Origin: Candidatus Latescibacterota bacterium
GTDB lineage: Bacteria; Latescibacterota; UBA2968; UBA8231
Reading direction: 5' to 3'
DNA length: 64,000 nt
NCBI GenBank assembly: GCA_965223905.1
Contig: CBDCXV010000002.1
Location: forward strand, 224,001 to 288,000
The notes under the pieces were generated by a model, which saw only the letters and a program-made list of their open reading frames with translations, searched no databases and was not told where the DNA came from. Below are positions 30,064 to 40,484 of this stretch, piece after piece. The position numbers and the translations under genes are program-made. How positions within the stretch are numbered: the first letter of the stretch is position 1; each line of letters opens with the position of its first letter.

Positions 30064-30936
30064 TCAGTCAACGATTTCGTACTCGATACGCGTTATGTCC
30101 CGGAGGGCGCTTCGCGCTGCTTCACCGTCCGCGCCCTGGGAACGCGTCATCAGGTCGATCAGCGCCACCTCGGCATCTTCAGCCTGCCTCTTTCCCAGCG
30201 CCATGGCGGCCTGCTCTCTGACCCCGGCGTGTGAATCCTGGAGCGCGGCGATAAGTGGCTGGACAACAACCGCGTCGTCGCCATGGCGGCCGAGCAACTG
30301 TACGGCGATGAAACGCACGGTGTCATCTTCATCGCCGACGACACGCAGCAGAAGACTGTCCAGCCTGTCGTACTGCAACCGCACGAGAGCGACGAGCGCT
30401 TCCTTGCGCACGTCCGGCGACCAGTCTTCGAGGGCTCGCAGGAACGGGCGCGGGCCGATGGAATCCACCTTCAGTGCATCCATATCGTCGTAGCGTATGT
30501 TCGCCAGCGCGCGAACGGCAGATCTGCGCACCGTCACCTCGGCATCTGCGCAGGCTTTTGCCAACGGGTGCAGCGCCTTTTGGTCGGCGAGCTTCCCCAG
30601 GGCTACAACCGCCTCCTCGCGAATGGCGACCTCCTGGTCGCTCTCCAACACCCTGATAAGAGGTTCTGTCGCCCGCCGGTCGCCGATCTTGCCCAGCAAC
30701 TGCGCGGCGATAAAACGAGCCTGATCGGGCCCATCTTCGAGGACCTGCAGCAGCTCTGGAACGGCGGATTTTCCGAGGAGGAGGAGCTTGTGTGCGGCGC
30801 TTCTGCGGACCTCGCCGTCGGCATCATCCAACAGCTCGACGTAGCGTTCGCTCCGGTCGCAGCCCGGCGCGCAAAGACCGGCGCAGGCGAGGAAGAAGAT
30901 GAGTGCTCTTGAACTGCCGCTCGGCGACGTCGTCAT
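30064..30936 (-). CDS. HEAT-repeat lipoprotein
   Basis: Repeated L.D.d..VR..A..AL units; PGC lipobox. Confidence 0.8.
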   Translation of the reverse strand: MTTSPSGSSRALIFFLACAGLCAPGCDRSERYVELLDDADGEVRRSAAHKLLLLGKSAVPELLQVLEDGPDQARFIAAQLLGKIGDRRATEPLIRVLESDQEVAIREEAVVALGKLADQKALHPLAKACADAEVTVRRSAVRALANIRYDDMDALKVDSIGPRPFLRALEDWSPDVRKEALVALVRLQYDRLDSLLLRVVGDEDDTVRFIAVQLLGRHGDDAVVVQPLIAALQDSHAGVREQAAMALGKRQAEDAEVALIDLMTRSQGADGEAARSALRDITRIEYEIVD

Positions 30937-30964
30937 AGCGCTGTCCCCTTGATCGAGCGGGTGT

Positions 30965-31906
30965 TCAGTATCCCCGGCTCTGATCGAAGCGGCTGAGCAC
31001 AACCTCTCCCCCCGCCATGTAGCTCTTCAGATTCTCGCAGAACGTGTCCATCCACCGCGAACCGCGCATTGACGAGTTGCCGGCGCTGTGGGGGGTGATG
31101 CAGACGTTCGGCATGTCCCACAGTGGATGGTCATCCGGCACCGGCTCCACCGGCACCGCGTCCAGTCCGGCGCCGGCGATCTGGCCTGTCTCCAGTGCCT
31201 CCATCAGCGCTTCCATGTCGATGATCTTGCCGCGGCTGACGCTGATCAGCAGGGATTCCGGCTTCATGTGGCTGAAGGCCTCCCTGTTGAACATCCCCTT
31301 GGTCTCCGGTGTAAGGGGCGCGCAGATGACGACGAACTCGGCCTCTGCGAGCAGATCGTGGAAGCGATCGATTCCCCAACACGCTTCTACAAAGTCGGGA
31401 ACTTCAGCCGGCGTCGGGTCGATCGCCAGCACCCGCATGCCGAAGGCGTGCGCCCGTTTCGCGGTTTCACGACCTGACCCACCCAGGCCGATGATCCCCA
31501 TGGTGTGATCCATGAGCTCCCGGCACATGAGACGGTTGTCTGTCCAGCTGCGATTGCGGGTCACGAGCGCGATATCGCGCGTCAATCCCAGGATGAGCGC
31601 GAATGCGTGCTCGGCCAGATGGACACCGACAAAGCCCTTGGCACACGTGATGATGAGGTTGCTTTCCAGAATCTCCGGACTGATGAGATGGTCGATCCCG
31701 GCAGAGTGGTAGGCGACCCAGCGCGCGTTTTTCGCCTTCGCGAACTGCTGCGGTGGCAGCTCGCCGATGATGATTTCTGCCTCAGGGAGTTTTGCAGCGA
31801 ATTCCTCCTCGGAGTCGACTATCACGAGCTCGACCTGGTCTGACAGGGAACGGATCCGCCTGGCTTCCTTATCGTCCATTCCCTGTACGAGTACTCTTGT
31901 TGTCAC
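30965..31906 (-). CDS. D-2-hydroxyacid dehydrogenase
   Basis: GIIGLGGSG, APLTPET, SRGKII, GLDA...EP, ITPH. Confidence 0.92.
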   Translation of the reverse strand: MTTRVLVQGMDDKEARRIRSLSDQVELVIVDSEEEFAAKLPEAEIIIGELPPQQFAKAKNARWVAYHSAGIDHLISPEILESNLIITCAKGFVGVHLAEHAFALILGLTRDIALVTRNRSWTDNRLMCRELMDHTMGIIGLGGSGRETAKRAHAFGMRVLAIDPTPAEVPDFVEACWGIDRFHDLLAEAEFVVICAPLTPETKGMFNREAFSHMKPESLLISVSRGKIIDMEALMEALETGQIAGAGLDAVPVEPVPDDHPLWDMPNVCITPHSAGNSSMRGSRWMDTFCENLKSYMAGGEVVLSRFDQSRGY

Positions 31907-31997
31907 GATCCCAGATTGAATCCTCGCTGCCCGCTAGTGGGACTTGTCGCCTCGCGGCGCATCATCCGATGTGCGTTCCCTTCGCGAATTCCCTGCA

Positions 31998-32861
31998 CTA
32001 TGCCGGCATGGTGCGCTTGGTGTATTTCCGGCACAACTCTGCGACTTCGGGTCCGCCGCCGCTGATCAGAATATTGTTGTCAATCTGCTCTTTGTAGTTG
32101 TCGACGCTGATCATGTCGCAGAAATCGATCCCCGCTGCGGTGCGGGCGGCATCTACTCGAGCTCGGGCCTCGACCATCTCGGGCGAGTACGGGGGATCGT
32201 GTCCATCTGGATCGCCGAAGGAGAATGCCATGTCGCCCGGGCCCCACTCGGCGTAGGTCACTCCAGGCACTTTGCAGCTCGCATCAGCCTCCTCTACGGC
32301 GCGATGGTTTTCGATTTTCAACCCCACCATCAGCTCCCCTTCCGGGTTCAGCGGCCAAACATCAGCCTTCCTGAGATATTCCTGATGCTCGATTCCCCAG
32401 ATTTGCCCTGCGCCTCCACCATTGCCCCTGCGCCCCTGATCCAACCCCTCGCCGACGCCAATCCTGTTGAACGGAAACCTCATGAATTCGACCAGAGTTT
32501 TCACCGCCCTGGCCGTTTCGGCGTGACAGAGCACAAAGCCGTGAACGCCGCAGGTCAGGTAGTGGATCATCAGCCACGCGTTTGCCCTCACCGTGGCCTC
32601 GTCAACTCCGTGAAAGGGTAGTGTCACCAGCACAGGTGGCGTCGGGTGTCCACTTTTCGTCGGCCCCGCCGCGCGCATGCCTCTCATGGCTTCCCGCACC
32701 CCCTTGATATCCAGCGGGTGATGCTCCTGCTCGAGCAGGATGAAGTCGCTGTTGGTGTGACAGGCCTCGACGCCGCCCTGGTATGAGAGCTCGCCAATAC
32801 CGCCGTAAATCAGGGTATGCCTGCCCTCGAGAAGCTCGATCGCACGGTTGACTCTTCCCAT
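31998..32861 (-). CDS. HpcH/HpaI aldolase family protein
   Basis: DFILLEQEH, GLKIEN, WGPGDMAFSFG. Confidence 0.8.
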   Translation of the reverse strand: MGRVNRAIELLEGRHTLIYGGIGELSYQGGVEACHTNSDFILLEQEHHPLDIKGVREAMRGMRAAGPTKSGHPTPPVLVTLPFHGVDEATVRANAWLMIHYLTCGVHGFVLCHAETARAVKTLVEFMRFPFNRIGVGEGLDQGRRGNGGGAGQIWGIEHQEYLRKADVWPLNPEGELMVGLKIENHRAVEEADASCKVPGVTYAEWGPGDMAFSFGDPDGHDPPYSPEMVEARARVDAARTAAGIDFCDMISVDNYKEQIDNNILISGGGPEVAELCRKYTKRTMPA

Positions 32862-32974
32862 GGAGTTATCCTCTTTCCTGCTCGCAATGGGAATTAAAAA
32901 TTCGGCCGCAAGTTATCGCCTCCTCGGGGAGCCGTCAAGAATGATAGAACAGGGGTAGATGGTCCAATTTCAGC

Positions 32975-33897
32975 ATGAGAATGCCATATAGAGGTGCAGT
33001 TCTCTACGAACGGAACAAGCCCCTCGTCATCGAGGAATTCGAGCTCGACGATCCGGGGGATGGCGAGGTGCGGGTGAAGATGATGGCCAGCGGCGTCTGT
33101 CACTCCGACTGGCACGTGATCAAGGGCGATTGGAGTCATCTGCCTCTGCCAATGGTGATTGGCCACGAGGGCGCCGGGTTGGTGGAGGCCGTCGGGCCCG
33201 GCGTTACGACGCTCCAGCCGGGCGACCGCGTCATCCTCTCCTGGAAGACGAGCTGCGGTCTTTGTGAGTACTGCCAGCAGGGCTGGCCGAACATCTGTGA
33301 ACGAGCCCCTGTCTACGGGCAGCGAGGACGGCGCCAGGATGGTGGGTGATCTGTACCAGATGGGCAACCTCGGCACCTTTGCAACCCATGCTGTCGTCCC
33401 GGAGGTCGCCGCTATTGCCATCGACCCCGACATCCCCTGGGCGCAGGCCTCTCTCGTCGGCTGCGGTGTCACTACGGGCGTGGGAGCAGTGACGAACACC
33501 GCCAGGGTTCGTCCTGGCAGCAGCGTCGCTGTTCTCGGATGCGGGGGTGTGGGCCTGAATGTCGTCCAGGGCGCTCGGCCTTGTCGGCGAGTCCTATGTC
33601 CAGAGTATTTAGTGCACCCGCCGCCGGGGTATGACCGTCTGGGTTGGCAACGCGCCGGTGAATACGACGGTCAGTTTCGATTCACGCGAACTAATGGCCG
33701 AAAAGACCGTCATCGGATGCATGTACGGCAGCGCTGTTCCGAGAATCGAATTTCCCAGGTTGCTCGACCTCTATCGCTGTGGGCAACTCATGCTGGATGA
33801 GCTGGTGACGCGCCAGCTCAGGTTGGAAGAGGTGAATGAGGCCTTCGACCTGCTCGCCAGAGGGGAAGTCGCCCGCAGCGTGCTGACCTACGAATAG
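32975..33897 (+). pseudogene. Zn-dependent alcohol dehydrogenase, frameshifted and internally deleted
   Basis: GVCHSD/GHEGAG/CGLCEYC in one frame, GCGVTTG/GCGGVG in a second, C-terminus in a third; part of the NAD-binding domain is missing. Confidence 0.85.
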
Positions 33898-33911
33898 CTG
33901 GAATCGCAGGA

Positions 33912-35597
33912 TCAGTCCGCCACCAGCCTGTTCTTGAGTATAAGCAGAGACGGCGCGGCTTCCTGCCATCTCTGCTTCAGGTGTTGGGGCACCTTGCCTG
34001 CACCCAGTACCGATCCTCCAAGGGCGATATCGGCGTCGCCGTCGCCATCCACGTCGCCAGCATCCATCGTCAGCCATCTCGCTTCGAGTGCCTCGGGAAA
34101 CGTCGAGGCCGCGAACACCATCTCTCCCTGATTCTCGAGGTAGACGAACGACTCCAATCCTCCCGACCCGTCGTAGTCGGGGAAAAAGGAAATCGCCGCT
34201 ATGTCCCGGTCGCCATCCTTGTCGAAATCGACTGCCAGTGCCTTGTACGCTCCATGCTGGGGATAGAAAAAGACCTGCTCGAAATGATCGCCGCCATCGT
34301 TGAGGTAGAGGCGCACGCCGTGATACCTCTTCGGAATCAAAGCGTAGTCGGCATTGTCTCCGTTGGCAGTGAGCACATCCATGTCACCGTCCCCGTCGAA
34401 ATCAAGCAGACTCATGTGCGCGGCGCCGAATGTTGGGGGCCACTGTATTTCGTACGACTCCTGGAATTCGCCGTTCCCCAGATTGTAGTAGATGAACACG
34501 CCCTCCCGGGCTTGCCCCATCAGTACGACGATGTCGAGCCACCCGTCGTCGTTGAAATCGTGCACGTAATGACTGAGCGCCCCCGGATGGTCGTTGAGAA
34601 GCCGCTCCGTGTAAGATCCGTCTCCATCGTTTTCGAACCACGACAGATGGCCTACGAGATTGCCGAATTCGGACATGATGACGTCGTCGTGGCCGTCATT
34701 GTTTAAATCGGCATAACTGGTAAAGGATGGTCGAGCCAGCCCGCGCAACACGTCGTCAGGCTCGGTTAGAGTCCCGCTCGAGTCTCTCTTCGCTACCACC
34801 AGCCTACCTTGGGGATGATCGGAGGGATAGATGAAGCCGATCGCCGTGATCCACAGTTCCCCGGGGCGAATGTCGATGGCCGTCGGTTGCAGGCCCAACT
34901 CCATCTTTTCCACGACAACACCATCCCCGTCAAGGATGGTCAGCGACCGCTCCGCCGAGTCACCGAGATAAATGCGCTGATTGAGCGCATCGATCTTGGT
35001 CATCGTCGTAAAAGGTGCAGCAGTGCGATGGCCTGGATTCAGCACCTCGAACTGAGTTGTCGTCGGCGAGACAGGCTCTGTCTCGCGAGAAATCGGCTCG
35101 TCCGGCGCCATCTGCAAGTAGTAGGTGACAATCTCCGTCCACGCCTGGAGCGGCAGGATTGGCTGCGCGGGATATACTTCCGCTTCCCACAGAATCTCGA
35201 GGGCAACTGTCCCTTTCTGCCTGGGAATCCTGTTGGGTGGCAGTCCCGCCGTTCCCGGCGGTACACCCAGATATTCACCGACCATCGGGAAGACCCATTC
35301 CCGCAGGATCTCCTTGGTCAGCATATCCGGTTCAGGAAGGACATGGCAGCTCTGACAGTACAGTTTTGCGAGCTTTCGTCCGTGCGGATCGGACGTACGG
35401 GGAGAATTGACCTCTTGAGTCCGGATCCTTGAGGCGTCGATGGAGGCCGGCAACCTTGCGGTTGCCCCAGCCTCTGCGATCTGGCTTGCGTCAGTCGCTT
35501 CTCCTGTGTGCGTCAGGTCAGCGCACACAATGGCCAGCCACCCGGCCGAGAGCCGGTGAAACCAACCTGCCCGATGGTTTGACACTGATGAATCCAC
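33912..35597 (-). CDS. FG-GAP/VCBS repeat protein with N-terminal c-type heme motif
   Basis: CQSCH...W...M; several D[LF]x[DN]DG.D motifs. Confidence 0.8.
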   Translation of the reverse strand: MDSSVSNHRAGWFHRLSAGWLAIVCADLTHTGEATDASQIAEAGATARLPASIDASRIRTQEVNSPRTSDPHGRKLAKLYCQSCHVLPEPDMLTKEILREWVFPMVGEYLGVPPGTAGLPPNRIPRQKGTVALEILWEAEVYPAQPILPLQAWTEIVTYYLQMAPDEPISRETEPVSPTTTQFEVLNPGHRTAAPFTTMTKIDALNQRIYLGDSAERSLTILDGDGVVVEKMELGLQPTAIDIRPGELWITAIGFIYPSDHPQGRLVVAKRDSSGTLTEPDDVLRGLARPSFTSYADLNNDGHDDVIMSEFGNLVGHLSWFENDGDGSYTERLLNDHPGALSHYVHDFNDDGWLDIVVLMGQAREGVFIYYNLGNGEFQESYEIQWPPTFGAAHMSLLDFDGDGDMDVLTANGDNADYALIPKRYHGVRLYLNDGGDHFEQVFFYPQHGAYKALAVDFDKDGDRDIAAISFFPDYDGSGGLESFVYLENQGEMVFAASTFPEALEARWLTMDAGDVDGDGDADIALGGSVLGAGKVPQHLKQRWQEAAPSLLILKNRLVAD

Positions 35598-35602
35598 TCA
35601 GT

Positions 35603-36661
35603 TCAGAACTCCGGGTAGAAACGGACGGTTCCGGAGAAGGTTTCCCCTGTTTTCAATACAATGACGCCGGCATCAATTCCCTTCGCTTCGAGGTTGATGG
35701 CGTCGGTCGGACACGTGTAAGGCTCGAAGCAAATGGCGGGACGACCGTCCGGCGTGTAGAGGACGAGCTCGCTGAACTGCTTGTCGGACTCGACCACCGT
35801 TTTGATTCCGGCGCCTCGATCGTCGATAACGCTCCTGCTGAACCCCTTTGTCGTCGTCAGCCCGGTGTAAACATCATCCGATTTGAACCCGGCGAGCAGC
35901 TTGCCCTGGCGCAAGTCGTTGGAATCGTCCACGCCCGAAACCACCCCTGTCGGCACGAATTCATCGAGCACCCAGTATTTTGACGCCGGAACCGTGATCC
36001 AGATGTTTTCTCGGGACGAGTCTGCTGCCAGAGGCACGCGGAAATAAGGATGGAACCCCACTCCCATAGGCAGGTCATCTGCTCCGAGATTTTCAACCGC
36101 TACGTGACAGGTCAGACCCGATGCGGCGAGGGTGTATCTGACCCGCATTTCGAAGGGCAGGGGAAACTGCCGCATGATCTCGGGAAACTGGCGCGAATCG
36201 AGCATCGAAAGCACGGTGGCACTCTCATTCGACGTCACCTTCGTCTCCACGACCGCGAACGCTTTGTCCCACACGAGGCCGTGCAGGTGCATGGGATTGT
36301 CCGGCCACTTGTCGAACTGGTACTCCTTTCCCTGAAACGTGAAGCGGCCGCCATTGCTGATGCGGTTCGGGAATGGAAACAGGATGGGATTGCCAAATCC
36401 GATCGGGAACTTCTCGAATTGGGCGAAGGTTGCAGGCGGATCGAGAATGTCCGTCCACTGACCTTTGACCGGGAGTCCGTAGATATAGCAGTTAGCTCCC
36501 CGGCTGGGCGCGACATGGGCTTCGGCTCCGGTCGTGTTGTCGCGGAGCACATACACCTGCGTACTCCCGATCTCAATCTGCTCGATGGAAAATCTGGATG
36601 TCCGGGCGAACACGGCCGTGGCCATTAGGGTTGAGAGTGTGAGTCGAAAAATCATTGTCAT
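35603..36661 (-). CDS. Aldose 1-epimerase family protein with signal-like N-terminus
   Basis: LFPFPNRI, LHG, GFHPYF, CFEPYT; start MTMIF. Confidence 0.85.
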   Translation of the reverse strand: MTMIFRLTLSTLMATAVFARTSRFSIEQIEIGSTQVYVLRDNTTGAEAHVAPSRGANCYIYGLPVKGQWTDILDPPATFAQFEKFPIGFGNPILFPFPNRISNGGRFTFQGKEYQFDKWPDNPMHLHGLVWDKAFAVVETKVTSNESATVLSMLDSRQFPEIMRQFPLPFEMRVRYTLAASGLTCHVAVENLGADDLPMGVGFHPYFRVPLAADSSRENIWITVPASKYWVLDEFVPTGVVSGVDDSNDLRQGKLLAGFKSDDVYTGLTTTKGFSRSVIDDRGAGIKTVVESDKQFSELVLYTPDGRPAICFEPYTCPTDAINLEAKGIDAGVIVLKTGETFSGTVRFYPEF

Positions 36662-36759
36662 ACTTTCGTTCGAAGAGGTGAGGCTCGCCGCGGCGAACCG
36701 ACCACAATCTATGGCATGAAAGTGGTCGCCGCTCCACTGCACTTATCCGCTGGCGCTAT

Positions 36760-36870
36760 CGCCGAGAAGATCCGCTGGGGGGCTGGGGCAGCCCGAAGAC
36801 GTCGCACCTGCCGCCGTCTTTCTGGCCTCCAACGAGGCGCGCCACGCCACTGGAGAACGTCTTGCCCAGC
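36760..36870 (+). pseudogene. SDR oxidoreductase C-terminal remnant
   Basis: Reads LGQPEDVAPAAVFLASNEARHATGERL from 36783, with no upstream domain. Confidence 0.65.
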
Positions 36871-37048
36871 TGTGCCCATGTCGCGCCACGAACCGGCTGT
36901 CTCGATGGAAAGCATCTACACCCACCACCTCTGTGACTCCTGTCGCATTGACTCCATTGTGCCCTGATCAGCACCGCGACAGCGCTTGACCATATAGCCG
37001 AAAACCCGCTTTATCAGTTCGATTTCCGCATCTCGAGAGAGTCGTGTC

Positions 37049-39091
37049 ATGCCTCGAGCAAGCCCATGCGCGGCTCTGGATTGGGCTTCACCGAGCACGA
37101 GGAAGACTGGAAAGACACCCTTTCGAGTGAGCTTGGACGATTCAGCAGCGCGCGCCATCTCTCCCAATCCTTCGGAATCGCGGGTATCTCTCCGAGCGGT
37201 CCTGCTGGGGCTCCTGTTCTCTTTCGGCATATCCGCCGGCGAACCCTTCGGCGTCCTCGTGCTGCAGGGGTCGCCTATGGGCGCCGACTTCTCCACCGGC
37301 GCCGCCCTCTTCCTGTTTTTCCTTCTAACTTTTCTGCTCAACCCGATTGCCAGGCTGCTGACCGGTTCCGGACTGCGGCGCGGCGAGCTGGCGACCATCT
37401 ACATCATGATGATCGTCGCCACGGCGATCCCCTCCTGGGGTCTGACCATGAACCTGATCCCGCTGATCAGCGGGATTTTCTACTACGCCACCCCTTGGAA
37501 CAGTTGGAGCTCCCTCATCCATCCCCATCTGCCGGCGTGGTTGGTGGCGGGTGATCACGAAGCCAACTGGAAGCTCTTCGAAGGAGCAGCTCCCGGCGAA
37601 TCGGTTCCCTGGGAGACCTGGCTCACGCCCTTTCTGGCGTGGAGCCTCTTCATGGTCACGGTCTACTTCGTAACGCTGTGCCTGCTGGTCATCCTGCGAA
37701 AACAATGGGTCGAGCGTGAGAAGCTGCTTTTTCCGCTGGCCGTTCTGCCGCTGGAAATGAGTGCCGTTGAGGAGCAAAAACTTCTGCCGCCGATTTTTCG
37801 CAACCCCGTGATGTGGCTGGGCTTCCTCATCCCCGCCGTCATCAACAGCCTCAACGGACTGCATTCGTATCATAACTGGGTTCCCGGCATTGACCTCACG
37901 AACTCTATTCCGATCCTGCAAGGTCCTTTCGCGATTCAGGCCACCCCCCGATTCGAAGCGATTGGCCTCTCGTACCTGCTCAGCCTCGACGTATCCTTTG
38001 GCGTCTGGTTCTTCTCACTCGCGGCGCTTTTGGCTACGAGTGTGCAGAACAGACTCGGGTGGAGTATCGGCGCTGTCCAACCCGCCTCCGACCCGGCAGG
38101 ACCGGCCGTCGCTCACCTCGCCCTGGGCGCGCTTTTCGTTCTTGTCGCCTTCAGCTTCTGGAACGGTCGCCGCCACGTCGGCGAGGTGTTTCGCAAAGCC
38201 CTCGGCCGGGCACCCGACGTCGATGACAGCAACGAGCTCATGTCCTACCGGACCGCCGTATTCGGCACCATCCTCGGCATCCTGCTCGCCACCTGCTGGC
38301 TCATGGCCATCGGCATGAATCTTCTGACCATCTTCGTCTTCCTGGTTTCAGCCCTCGTCATCTTCATCGGCCTGTCGCGCATCGTCTCGCAAACCGGACT
38401 GGCGTACTGCCGCGCCCCCGTGGCCGCACCGATGTTTACGGTCAACGTGCTCGGCACCTCCGTGCTCGGAGCAGCCGGTATCACTGCGCTGAGTCTCAGC
38501 TTCCCGTGGTCACTCGACGTTCGCACCTTCGTCATGGCCTCGGCGGCGACTGGCCTGAAGCTGGCATCGGAATTGCGGCTCGAAACCCGGCGTCTGTTCG
38601 TCGCCATCCTGGCGACCATCGGCGTGGCCATGATCGGCTCGTTCTGGGCGATCATCCAGCTCGGCTATTCGTATGGCGCCATCAATCTCACGAGCTGGCA
38701 ATTCAGCGGCCTGCCGCTGATGGCTGGAAACTGGATAACCCGCAACATCAGCAATCTCGAACCGACCCGAGTCTGGCACCTTGCCTTCACCGGAGTCGGC
38801 GCCGTGGTCATGACCGTGTTGATGTCAATCAAAGCCAGGTTCACCGGATTTCCCATCCACCCCATCGGCATGACCCTCGGCCTCACCCACCCCGTCTATT
38901 ACGTCTGGTTCTCCGTCTTCATCGCCTGGATCTTCAAGGCGGCAGCCCTCAAGTGCGGCGGTCCCAAGGCTTATCTGTACATGCGGCCTTTCTTTCTGGG
39001 CTTGGCGCTGGGCGGTTTCGCCTCCGCCGGGATCTGGCTCTTCGTCGACTACATGACGGGAATGTCCGGCAACAACTTCACCGTCGGCTAG
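37049..39091 (+). CDS. DUF6785/DUF6784 polytopic membrane protein (putative transporter)
   Basis: ILRKQWVEREKLLFPL, FPIHPIG, RPFFLGL; many TM helices; start uncertain. Confidence 0.8.
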   Translation: MPRASPCAALDWASPSTRKTGKTPFRVSLDDSAARAISPNPSESRVSLRAVLLGLLFSFGISAGEPFGVLVLQGSPMGADFSTGAALFLFFLLTFLLNPIARLLTGSGLRRGELATIYIMMIVATAIPSWGLTMNLIPLISGIFYYATPWNSWSSLIHPHLPAWLVAGDHEANWKLFEGAAPGESVPWETWLTPFLAWSLFMVTVYFVTLCLLVILRKQWVEREKLLFPLAVLPLEMSAVEEQKLLPPIFRNPVMWLGFLIPAVINSLNGLHSYHNWVPGIDLTNSIPILQGPFAIQATPRFEAIGLSYLLSLDVSFGVWFFSLAALLATSVQNRLGWSIGAVQPASDPAGPAVAHLALGALFVLVAFSFWNGRRHVGEVFRKALGRAPDVDDSNELMSYRTAVFGTILGILLATCWLMAIGMNLLTIFVFLVSALVIFIGLSRIVSQTGLAYCRAPVAAPMFTVNVLGTSVLGAAGITALSLSFPWSLDVRTFVMASAATGLKLASELRLETRRLFVAILATIGVAMIGSFWAIIQLGYSYGAINLTSWQFSGLPLMAGNWITRNISNLEPTRVWHLAFTGVGAVVMTVLMSIKARFTGFPIHPIGMTLGLTHPVYYVWFSVFIAWIFKAAALKCGGPKAYLYMRPFFLGLALGGFASAGIWLFVDYMTGMSGNNFTVG

Positions 39092-39139
39092 TGAGCCCGC
39101 CGAGCCCCCCGCTCTCGTTCAAACTGGCAGTGGGTACGA

Positions 39140-40219
39140 TCAAAATTTTGGGAACACCCGCACCGTCCCCGACCATACCTCTCCCGGCCTCAGGACGACA
39201 ATCCCGGCGTCGATTCCCCTCGATTGGATGTTGATACCATCGGTGGGACAGGAATACGGCTCGAGACAGAGCGCCGGTCGGTTTGCTGGTACGTAGAGTT
39301 GCAACTCCGGCCAGGCGGCGTCAGTCTCGAGTATTGTGCTGATTCCGGCATCGCGATCGTCGATCGTAGAGCGGCTGACGCCGCCAACCATGTTGAAATC
39401 GGAATAGAGGGCGTGCTCCAGCAGGTCGGTAAAGGGTCTACCTGCGCGCAGATCGTTCACCTCGTCGACGTCCAGCTTCGCACCGTTCGGCAGCCCGCCC
39501 TCGTGTTTCCAGGTTTTGTCCGCGGCGACCGTGATGTAGACGTTTTCTGCCTGCGATTCAGGTGACAGCGGCACAGAGAAGTAATGATGCAGGCCGATCC
39601 CGGTCGGCATATTCCTGTCACCGACGTTGGTGATGTCCGTTGTCATGGTCAGGATCGTCTCTCGCAGGTTGTGGGTAATGCGGATGATGAAAGGAAAGGG
39701 GAACTGCCGTCCCATCTGCGGAAATTGGCGCGAGTCGAGACTGCAGACGATGGAGGCCCCTTCTTCGGGATCGGCCGTTGTACTCTCGACCATAAAAGGC
39801 TGGTCCCAGACGAATCCGTGGATGGAGTGATCTTCCTCGAGCGTCTTGTCGAAGGTGTACTCCACGCCCTCGAAGGTGAATCTGCCGTCCCGAATGCGAC
39901 TGGGGAATGGGAACAGCAGGGGAATTCCCCAGCCGATGGGAAAATTGGCAAAGGTCTCGAAGTCCGGAGGGGGATCCAATAGTTCGATCCACTCGCCGTT
40001 CACCGACAGTCCGAAGAGATAGCAGTTGTCACCCAGACTCGGCGCAATCATTGCTTTTGCATCAGTCGTGTTGTCATGCAGAATGTAAATGGGGATACCT
40101 TCCACCGTGGTCTCATTGACCGCGTAACGGGGTGACGCCTCGACTCTACACACAGTCGATACCAGCAGCAAGACAGCCGCGGGTATGAGTAGCGTTCGAA
40201 CGAATCGGAGCATGAGCAA
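39140..40219 (-). CDS. Aldose 1-epimerase family protein with signal peptide (paralogue)
   Basis: LFPFPSRI, IHG, GLHHYF, CLEPYS; AxA signal. Confidence 0.85.
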   Translation of the reverse strand: MLMLRFVRTLLIPAAVLLLVSTVCRVEASPRYAVNETTVEGIPIYILHDNTTDAKAMIAPSLGDNCYLFGLSVNGEWIELLDPPPDFETFANFPIGWGIPLLFPFPSRIRDGRFTFEGVEYTFDKTLEEDHSIHGFVWDQPFMVESTTADPEEGASIVCSLDSRQFPQMGRQFPFPFIIRITHNLRETILTMTTDITNVGDRNMPTGIGLHHYFSVPLSPESQAENVYITVAADKTWKHEGGLPNGAKLDVDEVNDLRAGRPFTDLLEHALYSDFNMVGGVSRSTIDDRDAGISTILETDAAWPELQLYVPANRPALCLEPYSCPTDGINIQSRGIDAGIVVLRPGEVWSGTVRVFPKF

Positions 40220-40484
40220 CGAACCTCCTGAGTAAAGTTGCCGTGCTGCGACAGAGCGTTATGGGCTTGGGCTGTCGAAAAAAGCGGTTCCATCCTGCGG
40301 TTCGTAACCGAGGAGCCCGTACGTCTCTTCCATGTCCAGAAAATTGCGCCGGTGCCGGGAGAACCCGTGGACGATGGCGAACGGCACGTCCTCCACGTCG
40401 ATGCAGCGTGCGAAGAGCTGACCCGCGTCCCGGTGACTGAGGGAGACGCACGGCACGTCGGGGTCGACTTCTCCCTCTCGGATA

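Noticed and set aside
32975-33897. Programmed frameshift or stop recoding in the ADH gene
   Set aside because: Two frame changes plus a missing internal segment fit decay better; no slippery site seen
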